Part shown: positions 1 to 13,639 of the stretch, piece by piece
Layout of the letters: each line of letters starts with the position of its first letter
Position numbering within the stretch: position 1 is the stretch's first letter
Source: Octopus vulgaris
Taxonomy: Eukaryota
Length of the DNA: 64,000 bases
Reading direction: 5' to 3'
Assembly (NCBI GenBank): GCA_951406725.2
Contig: OX597816.1
Location: 5,580,001-5,644,000, forward strand
Made by a program: the position numbers and the translations under genes
The notes under the pieces: generated by a model
What the model saw: only the letters and a program-made list of their open reading frames with translations
Database searches by the model: none
Told to the model about the DNA's origin: nothing

Positions 1-90
1 CGAGGCTATGGTAGAAGACACTTGCCCAAGGTTCCACGCAGTGGGAGTGAACCCGGAACTAGCTACTTACCACACAACCACTCCTGCGCC
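1..90 (-). mobile_element. tRNA-derived SINE, family A, 5' head only (cut by window edge)
   Basis: Reverse complement starts GGCGCAGGAGTGGTTGTGTGGTAAGTAGCT and matches copies at 24952, 60911 and 6954. Confidence 0.85.
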
Positions 91-93
91 TAC

Positions 94-151
<58 letters not shown>

Positions 152-871
152 CGTAATACAAGGATCGCCATCTCTACTTTAGAGTAACTGCAACACTAAA
201 ATGAAAAGACCATTAATAACCTGACTAAACACAGGAATACAATACGGACACGAGCAGTGATAATATGGTTTGATATTAATTAGAGTGCGTCGTCGAACAA
301 GTTTTAATCTTCGGGGAGCGGCTCTGACGCTCCGTCTTCATTCCCGGTGGTAGTTAATTCACGTCACCTTTGCGGTTATTGTCCTTCGGAAAATAGGAAC
401 GTGACAACTGCTATTGTCAGTACATTTGATTATGAAAAATGTAGTAATTGAATCGATCGCACTGGTGATAGATAAATGAAATATTGATTTTGGAAAGGAA
501 GAGGAATAATATTCTATATTATTCTGGTCTTTGTCAAAGGTATTCGTTACGTAATTGAAGATAACCGTATTATTGATTGATTGGCGAAGTGAACGAGAAA
601 ATTGAATTGCACACCAAGAATTAGATAGAAAATAGTGTGAAGCTCCTCATAACGAGAATCAGTATGGCTCCCCCATGGGAAGAGTTAGGTCACTTATGTT
701 GAAAGATAAAAGAGGGGAACGGAATATTGAGACGACGGGAAAAAGTTGTTTTCGCGAACAATATAAAAGTTTCCACACATGAAATAAAAAAAAAATATAT
801 CCTATGGAGCTAAGTTATGAAGAAATATGTAGGAATAACAATTAAGAATATATATATAAAGATATATATGT

Positions 872-874
<3 letters not shown>

Positions 875-908
<34 letters not shown>

Positions 909-1250
909 TTATATATATCCCATAGTGGGTTACATCCATAACCCGTATCTTACTTTGTACTATTATATATATATGTAGATATATATATATATATATATAT
1001 GCATGCATATATGTATATATGTATACATCTATATAGGTATATATGCATACATATATGTATATATGTATATATATATATATAGGTATATATGTATGTATGT
1101 ATGTATGTATGTGTATATATATATGTGTGTGTGTGTATGTATGTATGTATGTATGTATGTATGAAAGAATGTATGTATGTATGCATGTATGTATGTATGT
1201 ATGTATGTATGTATGTATGTATGTATGTATGCATGTATGTGTGTATGTAT
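875..1250. repeat. compound (TA)n/(TATG)n microsatellite
   Basis: Direct reading; source of the YI/HTYI/MYVC ORFs. Confidence 0.95.
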
Positions 1251-2089
1251 GTTTGTATAGACGCACACTAACTGATGTAATTTGTATTTCTATACGAGTC
1301 AACTTAATCCTTCTGTCTTAAAAGAAGAAAAGAATTAAAAATGTCGATTGAGATTTTTGGTTTTGGTCTAAAAAAATGTTATTTGAAGAACTGATAGTTT
1401 TATAACTACGGCACAAAACAAGAATAAACTAAGTAAGAAGAGTAATAGATAAGTCAATTACGATGCCGAAATGTCCTTTGCGAATATAACCCAGATAAAA
1501 ACTACATCTGTGAGAAAACGTGTTTGAGTAAATAGTGAAAATGAATTGAAAAAACGAAGACATTACAAAGCTGCCGGTTTATGATAATAACATCTCTGTA
1601 TTGCTATAAGAATATAAATATTTTATCTACCGTACTGCGAATGTAAATACCGGACAGATGTTTTGTCTGTTGTGAAGAGAAAAGAAAATAGGTTTTAACA
1701 TATTGAATACGGGGGGGAGGGGTTGCGACATATAATGATGTGTGTCTCTTGGTAGCAATAATTGTGAGAAAATACAAAAGAAACTGTATTACAATGCCTT
1801 GCAATAATCACTCGAATTTGTAACCGAACATGTCACAATACAGGACTGTGACAACAAAACATCTTACATTTAGATGCCAACCATTTCCTTCTTGTATTAA
1901 ATATCTTCGTTTCTGCCGACGTCGGTCCATCTCTCCGCTACGTTGTCTCAGTATTATTTCTCAAATTCAAATTACTCATTCCTCTTTCAATCGCAGCTGA
2001 ACACGAAAACGTTTCATTCGTATTGTTGGTCACCTTCGTGGCCCGAACGGAGTTGGTCTGATGCTGAAAGGAACTGCCTTAGCACAGGG

Positions 2090-2250
2090 AGAGTTTACGA
2101 AAAAAACAAAAGACGAAGACCGGTGGTGTACAAAACAAACAGATGTATTAGTATAACGCTCGGGAATAGAAAAAGTATTTTACGTTTCGAGCCTACGCTC
2201 TTCTACAGAAAGGGACACAGAAAAAACAAAGAGAGAAACAAGGAGAGAAA
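2090..2250 (-). mobile_element. Penelope-like terminal fragment with degenerate hammerhead motif
   Basis: Homologous to 6228-6360. Minus strand reads TTT-CTGTAGA-A-GAGC-GTAG-GCTC-GAAAC-GTA-AAA at 2178-2212. Confidence 0.55.
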
Positions 2251-2389
2251 ATGCCTTAGCATAGTTTGTTTATTTTTTATATTGAATCACCATGGTATTT
2301 GATGCATTAATTTTATAACTGAATGAGTAAGAAATTTATTATTTGCTTTCATCTCTCGCTCTTATGCCGGTTCATTTTGGTGGATAGCA

Positions 2390-3070
2390 AGTCACCACAC
2401 GACCTTAAGCATCCAGCACCTTTCTTAAGATTCTTGCAGTCCCTAATAAGCAGGTTTTCTGCATCACAATAATGTCACAACCAACGTGTTTCTCGAATGT
2501 TTCGAAACTTCTGTCTACGGTACCCATCGTTACCGATGAAAAATGGCAAAACGTTTACAGCCCCACATCTGCCCAATCTTGTATCTCAAATCATTGTATT
2601 TACTAAACTTTTCCCGATCTTTCTCTTTTACTTTGATATCAGAAGGACATGTTATGTCCACCTTTGTACATCTATGAGATGTTTTATAGAAGTTAACGAT
2701 ACCAGGCCGAGAGTGTTCCATGACCTTATCCATTTGCAGTTTACGATCCCAGATGTTCCTTCTATTTTCATTCTCTAGCAACTTCTCTATCTTGTGGTCA
2801 AACCACTTTTCGGAAGAAGAGAAGCTGTACTTACAGCTTTTCACCACATTCGCCACTCTATTATGTCCCCAGCTTCTTATACACTTCCTCTGTTAGTTTT
2901 GGGCATTCGGTATCTGTGTGCCATCGCTTCTTTTCTTTCTCCGCTCGTCCTACACTTCTCGTTGATCTTTTCTTTCTTTGTCATTGATTATTTTCCTGGT
3001 GTTTCTCGTTTGCAATATTTACTCCTGCAGAGCCATTATCTTCCCTTCAGTCTTTCACTTCAGGCCACTG
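2390..3070 (-). pseudogene. R4/Dong-like non-LTR retrotransposon 3' relic (zinc knuckle plus restriction-like endonuclease)
   Basis: Translated pieces ECPKLTEEVYKKLGHNRVA, WFDHKIEKLLENE..IWD..HSRPGIV..VDITCPSD..KFSKYNDL and MQKTCLLGTARILRKVLDA* (stop 2405-2407); frameshifted. Confidence 0.85.
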
Positions 3071-4311
3071 TTCTTCCACCAGTTCAACTTCTAGGTACTA
3101 TTTCACAACAATTTAATGAAAAGAATCAACGATTTATTCATCCAAAACCATCAACGTAAACACTAGAGTGAATGGATGCATTTAAGAATGGAGTTCAATG
3201 GGTATTTGATGTCCGACCAACAAATAATATGAAATAAATCTAATTTTTACTCTCCAGCTTCCTGATAGGGCGATTCAGTTTAGAAAAAGATTTTCTAATT
3301 TGCCCGCTATTTTTACAATTTAACTACAGCGTGGACTCCCCCTCTTTCTAGAATTGGTTTCTCTGAACTACTTCCGATTATATAAACGTATAGAAAATTT
3401 GTTTGACTGGTTCACACTCCGCTGCACTCTAATGGCGTTTATGATTGATAAATAGGTTAGTCACAATGCCGAACTAGAAGAGTAGGTATGGAAATGCTAA
3501 TGGAATTACATTTTATATTCGTTCAAATTTTGCAAAAGTTAAATGGGTAGTCAAACAATTTTCTCCTCTTCTGGATTCAACAGTAAAATTGCACAAAACA
3601 TTGAATTTTTTTCATCTGTACTGTTTGAAGTATCTTAAATTATGCAGATAATTTTCGATTGTGCTATTTCTTACGATGCAGATTTTGCTAATAACAGGAA
3701 GGTCACCGACATGTAATATGTTTTAATTGAAGTTTATATGCGACATTATCTCTTTATGTGACATGTAACGCATTGAATAGGATATAATATTACTTTTTAT
3801 AATTTTTCTTCAGAGTAAGGTTTCCCATTGAAAAGATTCATAACTCGAATCACTATGGAAATAACAGGTTTTATCTATTGAATTCGTTTATCACAATAGA
3901 AAACTTAAACCATGCAAGCATATGTGCTTCACCATCTCCTCACTTATAAATAACCATTTCAATCTCCTTTCCCTTCAGCAAGATTTTCTTTGATATTCTA
4001 CACTGGATATTTAAAACTAGAGTTCTGCCCATACGATAACGAGTAACTTTAGAAAAAAAAACCTTTGGCTAGAATGGGTAATATCAGAAAATATATGGGA
4101 TACAGACTATAATTATAATTTCATTTTTAAAAAAATAATTGGTGCTTTCGCAAAGTCACGAAATGAATACCAATTTTCCAAAGAAAAATATTATCTTAAA
4201 ATGAAATGAAGTACAACGAGTTTCTACAGTGGATAATTTTAATGTCATTATTTTTCTAAATCTTATAAATATACATACTATTCCATCGGAATCTTATAAA
4301 TATACATACTA

Positions 4312-4695
4312 GATAGGAGCACTCCGTCGGTTACGACGATGAGGGTCCCAGCTGATACGATCAACGGAACAGCTTGCTCGTGGAATTAACGTGCAAGTGA
4401 CTGAGCATTCCACAGACACGTGTACCCTCAACGTAGTTTTCGGGGAGATTCAGCGTGACACAGAGTGTGACAAGGCTGGCCCTTTGAAATACAGGTACAA
4501 CAGAAACAGGAAGAAAGAGTGAGAGAAAGTTGTGGTGAAAGAGTACAGCAGGGTTCACCACCACCCCCTGCCGGAGCCTTGTGAAGCTTTAGGTGTTTTC
4601 GCTCAATAAACATTCACAATGCCCGGTCTGGGAATCGAAACCGCGATCCTACGACCGCGAGTCCGCTGCCCTAACCACTGGGCCATTGCGCCTCC
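4312..4695 (-). mobile_element. full-length tRNA-derived SINE, family B
   Basis: Head GGAGGCGCAATGGCCCAGTGGTTAGG...GGTTTCGATTCCC (A/B boxes); 12-bp TSD ATATACATACTA at 4300-4311 and 4696-4707. Confidence 0.9.
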
Positions 4696-5099
4696 ATATA
4701 CATACTATTCCATCTATCATTGGAAAATTTCATTAAAAAACTATTTATATAAATTTATGATACTAACCCTGTGCCCCTTACGTTGACTCTTTTGTATGTC
4801 TCTTTTACTCTGCCCCACCCCCACCTCTTTGTCTCTCTAGGATATAAAGTTTTACAGGAGAACTCAGTCAAACAACCAACCAAAATTTCTATCGGCTATT
4901 ATTAAATTCAAATTACTTTACAAAAGTAATCCTTATACAACGTTATGGGAATTCGTCTACAATTCATTATTTTCTTTAAGATTTATTCATGGAATTCCAC
5001 ATTAAATTACACCAAAAAATATTCCATTGACCTGTATTCTGATTCCACTCTCCACTTGTTTGTCTAAAAAATAGATGAAAAATGATATGCATGTCATTA

Positions 5100-5290
5100 T
5101 TCAGTTTATTTCAAGATTTTTTGCCAATAGAGAAAGAACCGGTTTCTAACCTAAATCCAAAGCTCCTTCATTGGAATTTCAACATCAACAAAAGAGTGGT
5201 TTTGTTTGTTTTTAATTATGTATGTTTGTTTGTATGTATGTATGTATGCATGCTTGTATTCATGTATGTATGTATGTATGTATGCATGTA
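5100..5290. repeat. short dispersed repeat followed by (TATG)n; second copy at 18463-18670
   Basis: Shared TTTCAAGA..TTGCCAATA..CCGGTTTCTAACCTA.ATCCAA.GCTCCTTCATTGGAATT. Confidence 0.75.
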
Positions 5291-5819
5291 CAGATTTGTA
5301 TGTTTTATGTGTATATTCTCATGTGTATAGTTGCATATCTAGACATGCTCATATATATTTAATTGATAAACTTCTGGAAAGTTTTACAGACTTTTACAGT
5401 TCCAGTGATGGATTAGATCTGTAGTATTCGAATTACCCTACTCCTTTATGTATGTATGTATGTATGTATGTATGTATGTGTGTGTGTGTGTATGCTGCAT
5501 GTCTATATGTATATATACAGGCGCTAGCATTATTATATGATTTATAGATTACTTCTCCAAATATGCAGTTCGAACTTGATCTGTCTAAACTGCATATTCG
5601 ACATGTAAGTGTCATCTATCATAGCCTTGATCGCCCATAACACTATTGCAGAATCTGCAAATGTACGTTGTACAGACATATACACTTATAAATGCTTGTA
5701 AAAACGTATATGTATGTATGTATATATGCATATATGTAAGTATGTATGTATATATATATATATATATTAATAAATACATATATGTACATACCTACTTCTA
5801 CATGTATATATACACGCAT

Positions 5820-6115
5820 ATATGAGTACAGGACACCAAAAAAACGTCGAACGCAATGAGAAACGAAAACATAGACACAAACCCAAGGAACTGGACATTT
5901 TTCTTAAACAACAACAAAAATAGAGTACAGGACAAATAACACAAGGAAAAAACCCTTCTTCAGTCGCCATGGTTTCATCTACTCTACGTTTCGAAGGTGA
6001 AGGCGAGACGTATCTTCGATAGAAACTTTCCTTCCTGCGAAAAGCAAATCAAATAAAATTTGAGATCTTTTTGCGGAGGGGTAAAAATGGTAACAAAAAC
6101 AGGACAGTAACGACA
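5820..6115 (-). mobile_element. dispersed repeat, probable Penelope-like terminus; related to 32130-32340 and 36645-36855
   Basis: Shared order CGAAA...ACTGANGAAGGG...TGTTA(T/C)TTGTCCTGT; sits between (TA)n tracts. Confidence 0.5.
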
Positions 6116-6181
6116 ATCTTTTATTTATTAATATATTATATGACGGAACGCACGCATCCCTTTCTAAGTAAGATTTTCTTG

Positions 6182-6227
<46 letters not shown>

Positions 6228-6231
<4 letters not shown>

Positions 6232-6360
6232 GGAATTTACAAGAAAACGAAACAAAAGACGAAGACGGGTGTGTAAACAACAATCAGAAGTATTAGTTTA
6301 ACGCTCAGGAAGTGAGAAAGTATTTTACGTTTCGAGCATAGGCTCTTCAACAGAAAGGAA
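6228..6360 (-). mobile_element. Penelope-like terminal fragment with degenerate hammerhead motif, next to (TA)n
   Basis: Minus strand reads TTT-CTGTTGA-A-GAGC-CTAT-GCTC-GAAAC-GTA-AAA at 6323-6356. Confidence 0.55.
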
Positions 6361-6374
6361 ACACACACATACAT

Positions 6375-6405
<31 letters not shown>

Positions 6406-6953
6406 CATGTGTGTGTATGTGTTTGGGGTGGGGAGGTTGTTTGTGTACATATATATTTTTATTAATATTAATCAGAAGCAACAGAACGACTCAAGAGTCG
6501 AGACTTTCGTGCGGTTATCATTTATCAAACTAGTTACTAATCGTGGGTAAAAGTGTATATAGCGGTGATAAGCGTATTTCCCTGGACAGTTCTGGAACAA
6601 ATTATATAAACAATTTGGATGTCACGTGGATAATTCAGTTTTCCCGTTACGTCGTTCAATAATGAAGAAAATAACGAATTGTTGAAGAATTCCCACAGCG
6701 TTCTATGAGGATTACTCTTGTAAGGTAATTTGAATTTAATAATAGCCGATAGACATTTTGGTTGGTTGATTGACTGAGTTCTCCTGTAAAACTTTATATC
6801 CTAGAGAGAGACAAAGAGGGGGGGGGGGCAGAGTAAAAGAGACATACAAAAGAGTCAACGTAAGGGGCACAGGGTTAGTATCATAAATTTATATAAATAG
6901 TTTTTTAATGAAATTTTCCAATGATAGATTTTCGATGGAATAGAATGTATGCT

Positions 6954-7198
6954 CCTTTACCGTTTTACTCGTTTCAGTCATTTAACTAAGGCCATACTGG
7001 ATCACTGGTTTTAGTCGAGCAAATCGACCCCAGCATTTATTCTTTTGTAAGTCTAGTACTTATTCTATCGGGTCTTTTGCCGAACCGCTGAGTTACGGGT
7101 GCATAATCACATAAGCATCGGTTGTCAAGCGATGTTGGGGTGACAAACACAGACACACAGACACAAACACAAACACACACACACACACACACACAAAC

Positions 7199-7244
<46 letters not shown>

Positions 7245-7400
7245 ACATATATACGACGGGCTGCTTTCAGCTTCCGTCTACCAAATCCACTCACAAGGCT
7301 TTGGTCGGCCCGAGGCTATAGTAGAAAACACTTGCCCAAGGTGCCACGCAGTGGGACTGAGCCCAGAACCATGTGGTTGGTAAGTAAGCTACTTACCACA
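6954..7400 (-). mobile_element. SINE family A with internal (CA)n(TA)n(TG)n
   Basis: Colinear with 24952-25366 and 60911-61316. Confidence 0.9.
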
Positions 7401-7703
7401 AGATTTAGAAAAATAACATTATAATTATCCAGTGTAGAAACCTGTTGTAGCTAATTACAGGTATATATTATGTATGTGAAATAAGAGAATGGGCCACTCA
7501 CATAAGTACTCGACGCTTCCCGGTAACATGGACGTAATCTTATCCGATCTGTCACTGAAAATCAAATATTATATCCATTGTTGCGGGGAAACGATGTTCA
7601 AGCGTATTTCTTTTGTTGTTACACACGTTGTTTGTTCGTATACATGTGTTGTGTGTGTGTGTGTGTATGTGTGTGTGTGTGTGTACAGACATACATACAT
7701 GTA

Positions 7704-7745
<42 letters not shown>

Positions 7746-8308
7746 GAGAGTAAGTGAGTGAGAGTGAAAGAGAAAGAGAAAGATAGACAGATAAATGGAT
7801 ATATATATGTATATATATATATATATATACATACATATATATATACAGTATATAAATATATATATAGATATATATATATATATATACATAGATATATATA
7901 TACAGTATATAAATATATATATAGATAGATAGATGGATGCATGCATGTAGATATAGATGTGTGTATGTGTGAGTGTGTGTGTATTTGTGTGTTTGTGTGT
8001 GTGTGTGTGTGTGTGTATGTGTGTGTGTGTGTGTATCTGTCTGTGTGTCTCCTTAAAATTATATTGTTGTTTAGTTGTATCCGTTGATATCCGTTAGTTA
8101 ATAGGTTAGACAAATGTTAGTTTCACATTTTGAGGACGGGTATGTTGATTGCATCGACCCCAGTTTACAACTGGTACTTGTTTTATCGACCCTGACAGGA
8201 TCAAAGTCCAAGTCGATCTCGACAGAATTTGAACTCAGAATTATAGGTCAGACAAATATTAATAAAAATAACTACAAGATTGAAATAGTCCGTGGTAGAT
8301 ATGACTGA

Positions 8309-8570
8309 GTGGAGGCGCGTGGCTTAGAGGTTAGGGTGTCAGCATTATGATCGTAAGATTGTGGTTTCGATTCCTGAACCGGGCGACGTGTTGTGTTCTT
8401 GAGCAAAACACTTCATTTCATGTTGCTCCAGTCCACTCAATCGGCAAAAATGAATGACGCTGCGATGGACTGGCGTCCCGTCCAGCTGGGGAACACATAC
8501 GCCATTGAAACCCTGAAACCGGGCCCATGAGCCTGGCTAGGCTTTAAAAGGTGCATTTATCTTTTTTATT
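8309..8570 (+). mobile_element. tRNA-derived SINE with CORE-like and V-like segments
   Basis: A/B boxes; TGTGTTCTTGAGCAAAACACTT (CORE-like); CTGCGATGGACTGGCGTCCCGTCCAG (V-domain-like); 13-bp TSD TAGATATGACTGA at 8296-8308 and 8571-8583. Confidence 0.85.
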
Positions 8571-10408
8571 TAGATATGACTGAAGTTGCAACTCTGAGAA
8601 GGCTGCCATCCAATGATGGAAGTGGCATAAAGCGTGCCTCAACAATTTCATAAAACCGAATATGTTAACATAAAGTTGCCTGGGGTGGCCCAGGCTTTTA
8701 CTTGTATCATTATCTCTTCTTTTATTTTACTGAATTAATTTCAAAACTGTACGTGGCCACACTGGAATAGCATTGATTACAATCTCAGCCATTTATTTTT
8801 CTTCCGAAAATCTGTTGTTCTATTGAGAGTCAGTGGAATACATAAAGAGAATGAATAATGAAATGAAGAAAAATTGCAGGTGAATTCGTTGTGCAGAGAA
8901 AATTAGGTTTGCTGTTTTTATTTTATGTTCATTGTTTTTTGGCCGGTTTCTTTCCATTTAATTTATTTCTATGATTGTACTACGTTCTAAAATGGTTTTC
9001 TTTTTATTTGCCGAACAAACATTCCAAAAAATAATTGAAGGATTTAGCTAGGAGTATTTTCATGTCTTTTCTTTTATATCTGTTCTATTTTCCTCAAAAT
9101 CCTTATTATATTAAATATTTGGCGTACATTGAATACGATTATTTATTTCATCATTATAAGATACAAAAGAAAAATAAAAGCAATGATGTATATAGACAGT
9201 ATATTGCCAATATATTTACGCATTAATAATGCTCATTACTTGTTTGAAATGTTCTTATTTTGAAATGTTCTTATTTTCTTCATGTCAACAGCTATTGTTT
9301 GGTTGTGTGTTTGTCAAGGCTTACGAAAAATATTTATAATCTCAATGATTAATCTTTTGCAAATTATATTGCTAAATCACATTTTAAAATTATATTTCTA
9401 AATCCATTCCCCGTAAACTAAACTTATTTCAAATTTTTATCTAAAGAGTATAAGTATGAAGAAGGCAATTTCCTTATCAACGAATCGGTTTCATAAATAA
9501 CTGACGTGAAAAAAAAAACAAAGGGTGACAAGCCTTTTAACGTGTTGCAAGAAGAGCCAATGTGTGTACATTTTCCATAACAATGATTGCATCGGTTTCT
9601 ATTAATGCGCGCCGCGATTTATGATAGGAGAAACACAGTCAGAGACATTTGCTTACAGATCTCATACATTCACAAACAAATTTGTGTCTATTCAACTAAT
9701 TTGGCACCGTTCATGATTGAAGTGAAACGAAAGAATCGTGACATAATTTTCTGAGAATATCATGAAATTTACTGGAATAATATAGAATGAACAATATTAA
9801 TATTTAAATTCGTTTCCTGTTTCACTATCCATGCTGTGAGAACTCAGTCGGAACGCGGACTTAACAGATGATGCGAAATTCGCCCACTCTTGTTATTCGC
9901 TTTTATAATAATCTCTTTTACCTCTCTTCCATTGTTATCTGGTTTACTGCATTTAAATCAGTTGCGAAGAGCTTAATATTCCATTTACTTCTTTGCTGAT
10001 GGAATCGACTTAATAACCTTTCTTTTTCTCAATTGTGTATTTTCAAATACGACAACACATGGGTAAGTGATTTTGCTCACTTGTTTCCAATACTGATTAC
10101 CTTTTCTCGTTCCTTGATAATGTCCATGGCACCAAGAGACGAACCACAGCTTTCATTTCGTCGCTCCTTAAAAACAGCTTCTGTTTGACTCGTTTAAAAA
10201 CCCCACAACGTGTCAACGGCATTTCATTTTGTTACCAAACACATGTATTATGATATTCCATTGTCGATGAAGAAATATGGACATATTTCAGAATGGCATC
10301 ATTGATCCTGAGAGTTCAAGGCAGAAATGAATGATAACAGACGCAATTATAAGAAGAATTAATCATACATAACATTGCCGTTTTTTAATAAGGAAGAATT
10401 ATGTATCA

Positions 10409-10756
10409 CTAGCAGTATCGCCCGGCGTTGCTCGGGTTTGTAAGGGAAATAATTATATCAGCATTTTTAGAGAGTTGTAGCTAAAAAATAGCATTGGTTG
10501 ACTCATCGTAGACATTTTTAGAGAGATACTTTCCTTATATAATAGCGAAAATAATGCATTAAAATGGAAAAAATGATGGTAAATTTCTTTTTAAATCGTA
10601 GACTCATCGTAGACGCGTGCTAATACCCAGAAGGGCTCGATATGAATCACGACTATAAGATACCCGGTTTTGGTTAAACTGCACCGCAAAATGTGGGAGT
10701 AGTTAGGAATCTAAATCGTAGGAGACAGACACACAACTTCTCTTTTATATATATAT
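10409..10756 (-). mobile_element. non-autonomous Helitron, subfamily 1
   Basis: Minus-strand 3' end CCCGAGCAACGCCGGG hairpin then CGATACTGCTAG|T; homologous to 11431-11829. Confidence 0.8.
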
Positions 10757-11338
10757 CATATCGCAAAGCGGTAGTTGTTCTAACGTTCTTAATACTGAAC
10801 TGTGTTGCGGTGTTTAGATTTATCAACAAAATGGAGTTTTTATCTGGCAAATTTTATAATTAACAGAAATCAATACATAGCAGTATAGTCGTCTACACTA
10901 TAAAGCCTTCTGCCTGCTGAATTCCTTATGGAGGCTATTTCATTGTATTTGTGTCCCTCCTACGCCAGATAAAAACCCATTAATATCGAGTATTATTATG
11001 GCTTGTTCCTTGAAGTACTCAGACTACTACTTCTAAATTTACAAATCATTATCCGAATTCTGTCTAAGTTAAGAAGTATGAGTCTCCTGTGTTTGCACAC
11101 CAACGTTTATACATAAATATGTAAGCATGAATCTATGTATATATGTATGTACGTATGTATGTATGTATGTATGTATGTATGTATGTATGTATGTATGTAT
11201 GTATGTATGTATGTATGTATGTATGTATGGATGGATGGATGTATACATATATATGTATATATATATATGTATCTATATATATATATATCTATATATATAA
11301 TATATATATAATATTATATATATATATATATTATATTA

Positions 11339-11389
<51 letters not shown>

Positions 11390-11430
11390 CATATATATTA
11401 TATATAATATATATTTATATATATATATAA

Positions 11431-11829
11431 CTACCAGTATCGCCCGGCATTGCTCGGGTTTGTAAGGGAAATGACTATATAAGCATTTTTAGAGAGTTAT
11501 AGCCAAAAAATAGCAAAAAAATGCATTAAAAATGGAAAAAAAATTATGGTAAATTTTTTTTAATCGTTGACTCATCGTAGACATTTTTAGAGAGTTACTT
11601 CCCTTATATAATAGCAAAAAAATGCATTAAAATGGACAAAAATGATGATAATCTTTTTTTTTAATCGTAGACTCATCGTAGACGCGCGCTAATACCCAGA
11701 AGGGCTTGATATGAATCACGACTATAAGATACCCAGTTTTGGTTAAACTGCACCGCAAAATGTGGGAGTAGTTAGGAATCTAAATCGTAGGAGACAGAAA
11801 GCACACAACCTCACTTTTATATATAAAGA
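11431..11829 (-). mobile_element. non-autonomous Helitron, subfamily 1
   Basis: 5' A|TCTTTATATATAAAA; 3' hairpin plus GTAG|T; internal ~90-bp direct repeat. Confidence 0.8.
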
Positions 11830-12507
11830 TATACATGTATGCGTGTTCACACGCACACATACATGCACACAGTCACACGTAGTCACATGCAGAGACATAC
11901 ACATACATATAAATTTTAATTATCCACTGGAAATTCCCTGAAAAGGTCTCAACCTTATTTCAACGGAGGACAACTCTGAAACCATGAGATTATAGAATAC
12001 AAAAGGTTCATGGCGAGAAACATACACAGAAATATAAACACAACAAACGTATACAGCCTATCTTCTGTTGCCGTATTTAAGTATATGTGAAAATATATGT
12101 GAGGATGTATACACAACAAAGTTAAAAGAGTATAATCCATGGTTCATATGTTTCTGTAACGAGACATTTTTATTGATTATACTGTATACACACACACACA
12201 CACACACATATACATTTATGTGAGTTTTATGTGTGTCTGTACGTATGTTCCTTATTCATTCCAAAACCGAGTCACTGATTTTCACGTATGGGGTATCAAA
12301 AGATTCAGTACTATTTCCACTACCAAGTGAACTTTATTTTTATTGAAATATTTGCATTAAACAGTTAAAGATTAGGAAATTTCGGTGAGGAGAGGAGAAA
12401 TTATAATTATAATTTCTGAACCCCTTTATTCAGTACATAGTTTGTGATCCTTTTTGAGAACATAAATTACTTTTATGCAAATTGTACCCCATCCTCGCTT
12501 CACTTCT

Positions 12508-13352
12508 TATTTCTTAATTGCTCATAAGGGGCTACACAGAGAGGGGACAAACAAGGACAGACAAACAGATTAAGTCGATTACATCGACCCCAGTGCGTGA
12601 CTGGTACTTAATTTATCGACCCCGAAAGGATGAAAGGCAAAGTCGACCTCGGCGGAATTTGAACTGAGAACGTAACGGCAGACGAAATACCTATTTCTTT
12701 ATTACCCACAAGGGGCTAAACACAGAGGGGACAAACAAGGACAGACATAGGTATTAATTCGATTACATCGACCCCAGTGCGTAACTGGTACTTAATTTAT
12801 CGACTCCGAAAGGATGAAAGGCAAAGTCCACCTCGGCGGAATTTGAACTCACAACGTAACGCAGACGAAATACCGCTAAGCATTTCGCCCTGCGTATTAA
12901 CGTTTCTTATTTCTTTATTGCCAACAAGGGGATAAACATAGAGGGGACAAACAAGGACAGACAAACGGATTGAGTCGATTACATCGACCCTAGTGCGTGA
13001 CTGGTACTTAATTTATCGACCCCGAAAGGATGAAAGGCAAAGTCGACCTCGGCGGAATTTGAACTCAGAACGTAACAGCAGACGAAATGCCTCTAAGTAT
13101 TTGGCCTGGCGTGATAACGTTTCTTATTTCTTTATTGCCAACAAGGGGATAAACATAGAGGGGACAAACAAGGACAGACAAACGGATTGAGTCGATTACA
13201 TCGACCCTAGTGCGTGACTGGTACTTAATTTATCGACCCCGAAAGGATGAAAGGCAAAGTCGACCTTGGCAGAATTTGAACTCAGAACGTAACGGCAGAC
13301 GAAATACCGCTAAGCATTTCGCCCGGCGTGCTAACGTTTCTGCCAGCTCGCC
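12508..13352 (-). mobile_element. head-to-tail tetramer of Meta-domain-like SINE (family C)
   Basis: Four units containing GCCTTTCATCCTTTCGGGGTCGATAAATTAAGTACCAG; only the unit ending at 13352 has a complete head. Confidence 0.9.
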
Positions 13353-13639
13353 AACTTTTCTTCTTTTCTCCCCCGCTTCACTTCTGGACAAACAACAACT
13401 TCCATTACACCGGTAATCCACTCTACTATATATCAGCTTACAGAATGCATTACGCTTATCTACATAGAAAATTGCCAAATCATTCAGAGTTTACCGCTTC
13501 TACTCGCAATAACGCTATACAAATTGACGTGAATTTTTCCATATCTCTTCATTCGTTACTAAAAAATGAAAGTATCCAATGCACAACTTCAAATTGCTGT
13601 CTTTTATCTTTTTTTACTTAATCGTTCGCTCTTTTCTGC

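Larger units (their letters stand above)
4701..6950. repeat. ~280-bp inverted repeat pair (4701-4978 and 6663-6950) with ~1.7 kb spacer
   Basis: e.g. CTAACCCTGTGCCCCTTACGTTGACTCTTTTG versus CAAAAGAGTCAACGTAAGGGGCACAGGGTTAG. Confidence 0.9.

Noticed and set aside
300-350. Hairpin GGAGCG...CGCTCC with hammerhead-like flanks on minus
   Set aside because: Both core boxes are altered (ATGAAGA, GAAG) and there is no stem I
4620-4695. tRNA gene
   Set aside because: The tRNA-like sequence is the head of a TSD-flanked SINE, as are those at 8311, 24952 and 31740
12508-13352. CRISPR-like regular repeats
   Set aside because: Units are ~180-230-bp SINE copies with no unique spacers, in a eukaryotic context
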